This document shows positions 21,501 through 31,735 of a DNA stretch of 64,000 nt, in pieces. The notes below the pieces were generated by a model. That model was not told where the DNA came from. It ran no database searches and was given only the letters and a program-made list of their open reading frames with translations. Position numbers and translations under genes: made by a program. This DNA comes from Takakia lepidozioides. Its lineage: Eukaryota; Plantae; Bryophyta. Position 1 is the first letter of the stretch. Each line of letters begins with the position of its first letter. Location of the stretch: NCBI GenBank assembly GCA_030704615.1, contig CM060732.1, forward strand, positions 5,766,001-5,830,000, given 5' to 3'.

Positions 21501-24500
21501 ACATCGATGGATAAGATATGTTTGTTTTGTTCCCCCCGGATGCCCTCTCACGCAAGGCTGGCACTATATGTTTTGCAGGGACCACATGTACAGGGAGTGG
21601 CAGTGGGGTCGTCTGTGAAGAAGGTGGGTCCTGCGCCAAGGACCATAGTGCTACGGCGGCAGCATTCCGGATTCCCCCCCGGCATGAGGAGGCAGGCTCC
21701 AAGGTATGGTTGTTCCCAGCCCCTCTCCGCAAACTTACTTGGTTGGTTTCCTTTATGGATACACTTCCTGAAGCGTTGCAATGTGTATTCATTGCAGGTG
21801 AGCAAGAGGAGTGGGCTGTCCCCGGCACCATCATCGCAGCAGGACGTGGTTCCCCAGGCATGCATTCATGGCTCCTTGCTTTGCCTGGCTGGTTTTTTAG
21901 TAGGGTTATTTTTGCCAGGAGGTTGTAGTGTGCACGGTCTGAGCAGGGTGTAAGTTAGCTTGCTCCGTGGAGGTGTGTTTATACCATTGCAACCACCAGA
22001 GTTCATGTTATTCTTATCCGTCTGACTAAACCTCTTTTTGCTGCTGCAGTTGAAGACACGTGGGCAGCTTTCCTCAGTTGCCACCCTCAGCGACGAGCTT
22101 CGCTTCAAGGTAGGTTGGTACACCATGAATTTGCTGCTGATTCAGTATTGTGGCAACCAAGATCGTTTCCATGCCCAGCTGCGCTTGACTTTCACCCTGT
22201 CATTGCTATGTTTGTTGCTGAGTGGACCCTGATGTTGGTGTCTGCAGATATCAGATCCTGTGTTTCTCCTGAACCCCCATGACAAGCGGTCAAAGACAGC
22301 CGCCGCCAAGGCGGAAGTGGTGGGAATAGCCGGGGTTGACAAGTTCCACTGCAAGGACATTCCATCCGGGGGTACAAGGTGAAAGTCCACGAGATCATGC
22401 TTCCAAGTGTTACACTGCCTTGCCCAAATGTGGACGATGCCCCCCCCAGACCACACTAGCGCACGTGAAAGGCACGGTGACTCTGTGGCCAGAGAAGAGT
22501 ATGAGGAGGGGTGAAGGTATCAAGTGACATTTCATGTTTGTAGTCCCTGTTGGGTGTGTAATGATACTCATAGAAGTGTGTATGATACTCACGTTACCAG
22601 TTTTGTACATTTGGGCCATGACAGTTTAAGTGATGTCCGGCAACCATGTATGTTGGCATTTAGTCTTGCTCATATGCAGGTGTGCCGTGACGGTCTCCAA
22701 TTTGAATGCAATATTCCATTTCCTGACTTGTCGTCGTGTCCGTCCACCTTCTATGTGTATGTGTGATGGTCTTTGGTCTCCCTGTTGCCTCGTCTATTTG
22801 GTTCATTAGCGTGATGTTGTGCATGCATCGTGGTCTGTGTTCTGAGTGTCGCCCAGTATCATTGCTTCTCAATTCCCCCTGCATATGGGTGAACCACTAA
22901 AACCAGTAGAATGCATCAGAACCATATTTTCAGCTTAGAATGCAAGTCAGTTGGACAACTCACACAAACCACTACAAGTGCTCATTTGCAGTGCTTTCCT
23001 ACTGTAGTGCAACCAACTAGCATAGTGGCAGCGGAGTTGGCCAAAGCAGTCCCGAGATGGCACAAGCACTCTGCGTCTTTCCACTAGCAGTCGTACCCCT
23101 CACTGCCATTGCGTGGGACGACGCCACGCGTCGACCCACACACTCTCCACGTGGTCCCCGTGGATTCGTCTGCCGGCAGTTGTGCAGTCGACTTCGCCAG
23201 TGGCTGTTGCCACGTGACATGCAGCACTCCAAGTTATGTGGCCGACTGCGATGTGGCCTCTTGAGCCCGTGGCCACGCGGCGGCATTACCGCTCGTCGCG
23301 GCGCCGCCACATCGGCATCCACGTCCGCATCCACGTCCGCGTCCATGTGTCACCGCGCCCCAGGTGAGTCAGTCCACTCATCCGGAGGGAAAAGTCAAAG
23401 TCAGCTCAAAACATCAGACACACGGGCGGCCCGCCTGGTTACGCCACGTGGTTCTTCAGCATTAATCGCATTAATCACTGAGCAGTTGTTCGCGCGTCTC
23501 AGTCGATCCCTGTTTTTTGACTTTTATGACTCAAAATGAGTCGTTACCCCAGTGGTAAATGACACGAATGATTGTAGTGATGTTAACAAATGTATTCTCC
23601 AAATTTATATACAACAAATTCCAGCTTTCAAGACGTCATTGTGGACCTCTCTGCTCTTTTCCAGCACTCCTAGTATTGCACATGCATTAAGAACACAACT
23701 GAAAGTGACCTTACGACAATGCTCCTTAATACTCCCGCATTTTACATACAGTAAGAGCAGTCTCCAGAATGATATCTGTTGCAATCCTAGCCATCATAAC
23801 GTTATGGACCTCTTTGCCCTTTTTCAGTGATCTCAGACTGGCACATGCATTCAGAACACAAACAAAAGTGATCCCAACACTTCCCATTGCATGTGTTTAT
23901 ACATTTTGAACACTTAAGCGAAAAATTCTAATTGGCATGTGACATTGTCACAGTCACGTCACGCCTCTCTAAAGACATGGAGACAGCGCACCCTCCGTCC
24001 AGTCACATAGCTCATTGTCACCATCTATAAACATCTTTTTCTGCCCATGGTCGATGACGGAAGTCACTAAACAGTTCTCACAGTCAGCGCTTGAACCAAT
24101 AAAACTGCATTAAAGATATAAAAACTGCAATAACAACATACAACAAGCAAACAGCTGCAAAAGATACAAATGCTTCATTTAGCTTCAAAGAAAGAATTTT
24201 CAAATTTTCAGCTAAAGGTAGCACCTTTCATCGTCCTTTCAAAGAGAACCTCACCCTAGCGAGAATCATCCCATTCCATATGGAAGATTGCTGTTTTTGG
24301 CCTGTTTTTGGGCACGGGGATTGAAGACACTTCGGATCGTCGTACGCGGGCTTCGAGAGTTGGGCAAAGCAAGAGACATGGAAGAGAGGAGAGAGACGAA
24401 ATCATGACCCTCGAAATACTACATCAGATCTTGGCCGTTCATTTCTGGGCAGCTGCCCACAAATGCTCTAAAATTGTTCCCCAAAGTTCCCACACATACC

Positions 24501-25614
24501 CCGCTATCCAGGACATGAAGCCCAGCTAGCTCCCGGGCTCTAGGCCAGGCGCCCTGCGGCCCAGGCAACCCGGTCTTGGGCCCATGCCTAGGCCAAAACC
24601 ATGATTTGTAACTCACTATTGTACCGATGTCCTTGGCCTGCATTCATGGTCTTTTTGCTATTCCATAGGCGGGCCACGGAGGCACACCCGCCCAGGGCGC
24701 AATCAAGTCCTGGGTCTTTTCTATTACTTGACCCATGACACAAATGACGTTGAATAATTGTCTCCAGTCCTACTCAGCTCCTCGGCCAGCCATTTGCCTG
24801 AGCCCTTATGGTTGGATGTTGACATGTATGAGAATGAAGGTGGGCCTGTTGAATGCTACATACAATACTCTACATGACGTCGGTCTGAAACGGGCAACGC
24901 AATAATAGTAACCGGCTTGGCATTGTGTGTCCCTTATTCGACTGGGCCCCCACAACCTCTTCCAGGCTCCTCAACCTATCCCCATTCCCATTCCCATTGC
25001 ACCCACTCTGGGCTCTTTAGGGTACAACCATTGTGGTGCCATGGTGCACCCATTTTTGGAATGTGTCAAATCATTTTTAGGCTGGGTGCAACATTATAGG
25101 CCAATAACCTTACCCAATGAGGAATGTTATCCTTGCTTTATTCTCAAATTGTCCTACGTAGATGAACTCTACTCAATCGTTCCGACTACAAATTGATGGG
25201 GTACATAAGGAGCTTTCCAAAGGTCTCTTCAATTTGAAGAAGTCCAAGCTGCTCATGCCAAAGCGCATCATACACTCCCTGGTTTAGTATGTGCCCACAT
25301 GTGCCTATGTCCCAATGGGCGGATTCTGCTGAAATGGACACAAAGTGTCGGAGAACAACATGAAGGTGATGTCAGCCTTTGCAAATACCGTAGGTTCATA
25401 GCAGATTAGGCACCCCCGTGCCTAATAATTATTAAATTTGGAATATTCTTTTTAGGCACTTTAAAAAAGAATTTATGTAAATTAGACACTTTTCATCCAT
25501 AATATTTGGTGTTAGGCACCTTTCATCACTTGGAACTTCTCCTTCCATCCCCAAAGGTCTCACGTACCCTCTCTCTTCTTCCCCAAGACAAACCCTAAAA
25601 AAAAGTCTTTTCTA

Positions 25615-26764
25615 ATGGAGATGGCGTCCGAGAGCCCACTACACGATGCGGGCGCAAATGTGGAGATGGCTAACAATGGAGGAACCCAGCCTGGGCCAAG
25701 CTTAGGTCAGGCGCAACTTTTAGCCCGCAGGCTAAATCCTGGCCCAAACACACTCACCACGAGATCACAAGGTAATGGGCTCAAATTGTGCTTCAATTTT
25801 TTGCTTTGTCGTTGGAATGACCCCTACAAGTGGTTGGCCTAGGAGATGGAATTAAGCAGTGACATTTGAGGGTGAGAGAGAAATCCAACTACAAAAGGCG
25901 GTGACAACCTGATACCCACACCTTAATCTGCAGTAATAATTGCGTACCTTAGTACTTATCCTGCTAACTTTGGAAATCCTCTTATGTAATGCTTGATTAT
26001 GTACTTAGTACTTATCATTGGAAGGTCTTTGGGGCTTGCTTGCGAGAGGGCCATCTCAATATGCCATTTCATACTCCTCAATTTGGGTTCATGGTCGTCA
26101 TTTCCGCATCCGCTATCTTGACATGCGTCGGAAGACCACATTTGACTCTGGTTTGTGTACAACATATTGGCAAGACTCCGTGTCAAGCACAAGGGACACT
26201 CGACCCGAGAGAAGATATTGGGGAGCTTGATGGTATTTTGCAACTCGAGTATGATCACCATCGCCCTATTCTTTTCAGGGGGAGGTGGTTCCAACACCAC
26301 ATTGCAGAACCAAATGCAACCCTCCAACATGATGAGTGTGGCTTCATGCGGGTCACCACGGACATGATCATGCCCTTTACTCGCATCTCCGATGAACCCT
26401 TTGCATAGCTGAACGACATGGAACAAGTGCTTTTTCCGAAGACAAGACTAGATCGGGCAATTTGAAGGTGGTTGTGCATGTTAGGCGAAGAGGGAGACGC
26501 ATTTACCATGGCGAGGGATCAAACAATTGGGGTGGTGATGAGGACGACGCCAAAGTGGCCGAGGAGGAGGAGGACAACACGTCCGGAGAGGAGACTGGTC
26601 ATGAGGGCCGGTCAATTGATGCCGATGCGGATATGGGAGACGATGCTTTGTGGATTGAGGCAATTGATGACACTGCCTTCAACAATGTTGGAGGACATCA
26701 AGTGGTTGATGCGGATATTGCGCCAGAGGAGGATGGTGACAAAGACAAGGATGACGATGAGTAA
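25615..26764 (+). pseudogene. CACTA-derived DUF4216-type gene with an acidic tail, degraded
   Basis: SYSSIWVHGRHFRI..TFDSG..QDSVSSTRD and ILQLEY..PILFRGRWF..NATLQHDECGF..DEPFA parallel the C-terminus of the 10565-11520 transposase. Telo-box at ~25590 and an upstream ATG at 25615. Confidence 0.7.
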
Positions 26765-27046
26765 GACAACAACAATGTACAAGAAGAAGAAGATCCTATT
26801 GTCCTCCTCTTATTGTGCCTCCGGTCATGAAGGAGCCATATGGATATATAGATGATGATTCGGCTTCTGATCATGGCTCTCTTGAGAGGGGTCAATATAG
26901 TGACTTCGATGAGGACAATAGACAGGAGTTGGAGCTTGATGAGGAAGATGATGTCCCTCCCAATGACATGATGTAGTACCCACGCGACACATTGTTACAA
27001 GGCGAACACAACAACTACTTTGAAACCAAATTGACCCACCAAGATG

Positions 27047-27650
27047 ACATCTTCCACCATGATGTACAACAATTTGCATCTGATGATCCTAGTCATATTG
27101 ACTTATAATCTGATGTGAAGCTGGTTGTGTTTTTGTTGTCACCCCTTTGTTGCGCTGAGATATTCTCGTTGGATACTGAAGGTCCTTTTCTCTTTTGTGT
27201 GCTTGTACATGTTCGTATATCAGTTGGTGGGAATCCGGAGGGCCCTGTGCCGAAAAAGATTTCCAGAGATAACAATCTCCATAATACTTACGGGGTCAAA
27301 GAATTCAGAAGAAAGCATGGCGCCTATGATAGGGAGAAGAGCTTATTTATTAGCGGACCACTCATCATAGGCGCCATGCTTTCCCCTGAATTCTTTGACC
27401 CCGTAAGTACTACGGAGTTTGTTCATTATGTCTCTTGAAATCTTTTTCGGCACGGTGGCCTCTGGATCCCCACCGACTGATATACGAACCTGTACAAGCA
27501 CACAAAGGAGAAAATGACCTTAAGATATCCAGCGAGAATATTCAACGCATCAAAGGGGGTAACAACAAAAACACAACCAACTTCACACTAGATTATAGGC
27601 CAATATGACAAGAACAGATGCAAATTGTTGTATATCATAGTGGTAGATGT
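27047..27650. repeat. Imperfect foldback palindrome (~285-bp arms, ~35-bp loop)
   Basis: CTTACGGGGTCAAAGAATTCAG..AAAGCATGGCGCCTATGAT (27287-27330) pairs with ATCATAGGCGCCATGCTTT..CTGAATTCTTTGACCCCGTAAG (27364-27407). Pairing extends to ACAACAATTTGCATCTG / CAGATGCAAATTGTTGT. Confidence 0.9.
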
Positions 27651-27719
27651 TTTTTTGGTAAGTCAATATGGTTTTGAAGTACTTGCATACCAACTTCACC
27701 GGCCTCTATTTATCCCCAT

Positions 27720-27830
27720 ACTGTGAGGGGATGCACATTGTGATGACATGTGCTAGTAGCACTATTAGGGCTGGCATCGAGCTATTTGCATCCTACAAAT
27801 TCTCGCGAGATGCTTGGGACCTCCGGATAC
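27720..27830 (+). pseudogene. SET-domain C-terminal remnant, paralogous to 7725-7830
   Basis: EGMHIVMTCASSTIRAGIELFASY versus EGMHMFVMTCASRTIRAG-ELFASY. Confidence 0.75.
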
Positions 27831-27959
27831 AACATGAGTGGGATGTGTGCGACAGAACTAGGGTTGCTTTGAGACCGGGATCGCGTAGAAGGGCATTGTA
27901 GATATTTTCATGATGTACTTTGTCTACATTCGATTAACCGATTGATGTGAATATTTCTT

Positions 27960-28870
27960 CTTGATGCTTATCTTTTGCGACTTTGCGTATGTGATCTAAA
28001 CATACCTAAGCACATGTGGACCAAAGTTCATTCAATGGGTCATTCAAGTGATGAACGCAACTACGTGTCGTAGAGACGGAAAACTACGTTTTGCCTGCAC
28101 ATGATTTTTTTTTAATTCCATTCTCAAGCCATAGGCTTAATGACAACGTGTGCAATCTGCGTGCAAAATTTGACAGTGAACAAAAGTCATCTAGACCCAA
28201 AACTATATTTTCTTCCCTCAGTTGCATTCAAAGGTTGAGTTCTCTTCAACTTCATGCACACTTCATAGAGAGTTCTGCAATAGTGAGCGAATTTTTATTT
28301 ATTTATTTATTTTCAGTTTTTTGGTCCAATCTCTTGCATGGATGTAGCGAGGGTTGAATTCACAGAACCAAATAGAGCCAAAAATAAAATCATTACGCCC
28401 CTCAAATCCGCAATCCTATATATTCTAAATCCAAATATTTATTTAAAATTCATTTAAATTCGATTTAATTCAAAATCGGTTGAAAGGTGAGAGCGTCGTT
28501 GAGGAGGGGTTTTTTTTTTTTTTTTTTTTTTTTTTGGTTTCGTTGAATCTCTGCACAGATGTTGCGCACATATTCAAGCACATACGGGCAAAAGATGAGC
28601 TTGAACCTCATCCGTTCAATGTGTGCAATAGTCATTCACCCATGAGAGGATTTTCTTTCACAATGAACAAAATTGGATAACAGGGTGAACGCATCTTGGG
28701 GGGGCAAATGATTTTGTTTTGTTTTCAGACTTTGCATGCGTATTGCGCACATATTGCAACACCTGCGGGCCAAGGATGAGCTGAATCAAAATTGAATGAA
28801 AGGTCGAACCAACAATTGCCCATCGAAATGATTTTAGCTTCTTTTCAAAGGTCTTGGGTATGTTTTACAC
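27960..28870 (-). repeat. Third copy of the conserved module, flanked by 120-bp-family units
   Basis: CAACTTCATGCACACTTCATAGAGAGTTCTGCAATAGTGAGC (28247) is the reverse complement of 2231 and 4043. 28540-28680 is the reverse complement of 1860-2000. Confidence 0.85.
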
Positions 28871-28916
28871 ACCAAACGAATGATCTAAGTTTGTTCTCAG
28901 ACTTTTTCAGTACGTT

Positions 28917-29305
28917 CTACATACCACCAAACATGTGTTGAACATTAGATGAATCAAAATTGATTGAAAGGTGGAACTTTTTTGTCTGAGTGCTTGAGTC
29001 GGTTTCGGTAGTTATGCTGACACTTTCTTTAATGATTTTGGGCCTTTCTTCTTCACTGTCGTTATCGACAATCTCTAAGACCATGCATCCATCTCGAGTG
29101 TAACATTCATTGTAGACAAGGTAACAGTCGGTGACTGGGGTTTCGCTTGCTATTCTGAGATTTCCCATCAAGCTTGGTTGTAGTTATCTAGTCCGCAAAA
29201 TGAATGAGCACACGGACTAGCTATAGTCGGCCACATGGGTCTTGAAGGGTGACTGTTTCTTTGAACTTATTGCCATGCCGTTGCACGAACTCTGCGGGGA
29301 GCTCC
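28917..29305 (-). pseudogene. B3 (REM-like) DNA-binding domain remnant
   Basis: After a CAG acceptor the frame reads ELPAEFVQRHGNKFKETVTLQDPCGRL*LVRV (stop where W is expected), then shifts into ...YLVYNE..MVLEIVD. This fits the B3 pattern IPxxF..VxLxDxxGxxWxV. Confidence 0.5.
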
Positions 29306-30019
29306 TGGACCAACCATAAGACGAAGATTGGATGGCTCCTTGTCAGAACCAGATAGGCCGATTCACAACACATAATTAGACTGAAACTGAACTAGGTGAG
29401 TTTGGAAGCCGCACCAGAGTGCAACGACTACGTACGATGCCTCGCCGAGTCCTGTCTGAAGCAATTGGAGGCGGTGAGAGTTCGGGTAAAGGAGGACAAT
29501 AAATATTGCAGCGGGAATAATAAAAGACGCCTCCAAGATGAAAACTAGTGAACGTACTTGACAGTTCATTCAATTAATTATTAATTATTATTATTTTGTA
29601 ATATTTTATTTTACGTTTTTCGATAAGCTGTCTAGGTAATTATTATGCTAATTGCGCTGCCCGTAAGTGTCAACAAATGCAAGTTCCGTTATGGACGCAT
29701 TTCCTCTTTTGTCATACAATCACATTGTGCAGCATCCTACCCGACCTTTCTCTCTCTTATATCCTATCTCTGCCCTCTTACATTCATTCTCAGATATTCA
29801 TAGGGCATCCACATTCCATGATTGGCCTTGCAGCACCATTGGCCTGAGTCATCACTGGATCCTTCTAATCATTCTCATGTGAAGCAACTCATTACTCACA
29901 TTCATCTCTGTTTTTCTCTCATCTCACACATCAGAGCGATTCATCATGACAGTAACAACAAGCTCTCAACCCATGGAGCGCTCTTAAACCCTCAAAGAAG
30001 TCTTAACGTCTTAACCTAG

Positions 30020-31080
30020 TAATGTGACAATCACTCAAGGGTACTTACATTCTCCTATCGGGCACATCCACACAGAGATACAAGAATGCACACCTCATTG
30101 GAATTTGCCCATCACTCTCATAAGAATCAACTCAGCCCTCAGACATCTTCTCTAGTTTCCTCTCATCTTCAATGTAGGGAACACTCATGACTACATCATG
30201 CTCTCAGCTCATGATCATTTACCCAACCTAAGAGACATGTCTCCTAGCAGAGTAGCACTCACTCAATGACGTTTATATTCTTTCATCGAACACAGCTATG
30301 CAGAATTCCCAAAATGCAAGCTATACCCTCATTGCAGGCACTAATGCACACTGGTAGTATTGATCTCGCTGACTTTTTTTTTTTCAGAACATGAGATAAT
30401 GAGACCACCACATTACCCAAGGAGCAATACAGCCCCACTCCACCTTCATACTTCAGAATCCTAAAACCATAACATAGATCAAGTTCAACATTTCCAGAAT
30501 CCCCCACGCATTACCCGTCTGCCAACATGCTTCCTCCAGACTACCGTCCCTTAATGTGACACTAACTCAAAATATTCGTGCACTCTCTCATTGAACATAG
30601 ACATGCAGACATACAAGGGTACACATTTTCCTGGGATCTGCCCATCTCTCTCATGAAGATCAACTCTGCACATTCACGTCCTCTCTGGTTTTCTCCCCTC
30701 TTGCGATACAAAGAACATGCATGACGGCAGAGACAACATTCTCTCAACTAATGACCATTTCTCAAACCAAGAGACATTCCTGATGTAAAGATATTGTCAC
30801 CTCAATGCCAGTCACATCCCTTCATATACCAATCCAAGGTTGCAGCCTATACATGCATTGCCAGCTCTGTTACACCCTCACCCTTTGACTTTCTCTCTCA
30901 AAAGACAACAAGAGGGTAGGCACAGCATGACCCTATGAAGCAATACTGCTCTGCTTCCCATTCATAATACAAAAACCAGAACTTTGGCACAGTTCGAGTA
31001 CAGCCATCTTAGAATCACCCCACTCCCATTCCTGTCATGCCTACCTCCTCATTCCAGATTCTCCCACATCACACCGAGTT
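30020..31080. repeat. Old, diverged ~530-bp tandem duplication
   Basis: AATGTGACA..ACTCAA at 30021 and 30553, TGCCCATC.CTCTCAT.AGA.TCAACTC at ~30105 and ~30639, AGCAATAC at ~30423 and ~30939. Confidence 0.55.
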
Positions 31081-31384
31081 CCCCTTCTTCTCTCCTCCTC
31101 TCATCCTTAGTCCCGTGTCTCAAGAATTCACAAAATCAAGAAGACCCTCAATCTGCCTCGTTTCCACCTATATGCCTTTGCCCATCATTTTCTGCCATCA
31201 TCACCCCGCCTCCTCTGGCTTGTGGCCCAGACAGACTCCATACAGCCGATTTCACCCTACTTACACCTGTGAAGCTTGCCAAAAGGCAAAGATCACACAC
31301 TGCCCTAAATGATCACCGCCAAATATCAAGCTGGCCTGCTGCAGCTCTACATAGAAATCTCCTGATATGTGGAGCATAAGCATA

Positions 31385-31735
31385 TCAAGTGAACTGGAAC
31401 TCAGCATATCCGCCATGAAAGGGTTTTTCGGACACATCCAGGTGTTGCATGTTGTTATAAACCCCAATGTTTGGAGCAAGATAACATTGCGAGACTTTAA
31501 AACAACAGAGACAACCACGCTTATAAGACTCGTCGTATTCGCTTTTCTTTCGTCTTGGACCTTTGTGAGGATTACTGCTTCCAGCTCCGACGTCCGGACC
31601 TCCTCGCTTGACTTTAGGATCCGTGACAGTCAAATTGCTGGTGCGCTTGTCCTCTGGACCATAGCAACACTGATACCTGGACAATGTCGTATTGGAGTAT
31701 GTCATCGACAACCATGGAGTTCTGCAAGCATGCAA
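31385..31735 (-). pseudogene. N-terminal fragment of a plant SWIM/MULE-like protein (At4g13970/At1g60560-like)
   Basis: YQCCYGPED...YKRGCLCCFKV..YLAP..YNNMQHLD..PFHG resembles the family motif YWCSxGPxD...KRGCxCHFxVK..P..YN..HVD..PCHG (recognised from memory). Confidence 0.6.

Larger units (their letters stand above)
16333..22514 (+). pseudogene. Multi-exon CACTA accessory (TnpA-like) gene: Ser/Pro-rich region, Transposase_24-like domain, FCP1/NIF HAD phosphatase-like domain, C-terminal En/Spm Tnp1-like domain
   Basis: Exon 1 16333-16632 (MSTPSKKR..HE|GTGAGT). An exon from ~19053 contains EPAYWDKLVAYWESP..MKQAR..RWG. An exon at ~20330-21470 contains KLIVLDLNGIL, FPRPQV, VGIWS and NTLLVDDSPHK. 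Small exons at 21579-22109. Last exon 22248-22514 (FHCKDIP..KVKVHEIM..TLPCP). Frameshifts near 19640 and 21060. Confidence 0.75.
9011..23579. mobile_element. Complete CACTA (En/Spm) DNA transposon, copy 1 (14.57 kb, defective)
   Basis: The left TIR CACTAGAAGCATTCGTGT (9011) matches the reverse complement of the right end, CACTACAATCATTCGTGT (ends 23579), at 16/18 positions. 3-bp TSD ATG at 9008-9010 and 23580-23582. Contains a Tnp2-type transposase. Confidence 0.92.

Noticed and set aside
8262-24410. Multi-exon minus-strand host gene interrupted by CACTA copy 1 (exon-like pieces at 8300-8940 and 24020-24410)
   Set aside because: Splice-like signals are present, but the first candidate exon ends in a stop and no recognisable protein could be assembled.
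24450-25420. Possible decayed transposase
   Set aside because: No recognisable motif in manual translation.
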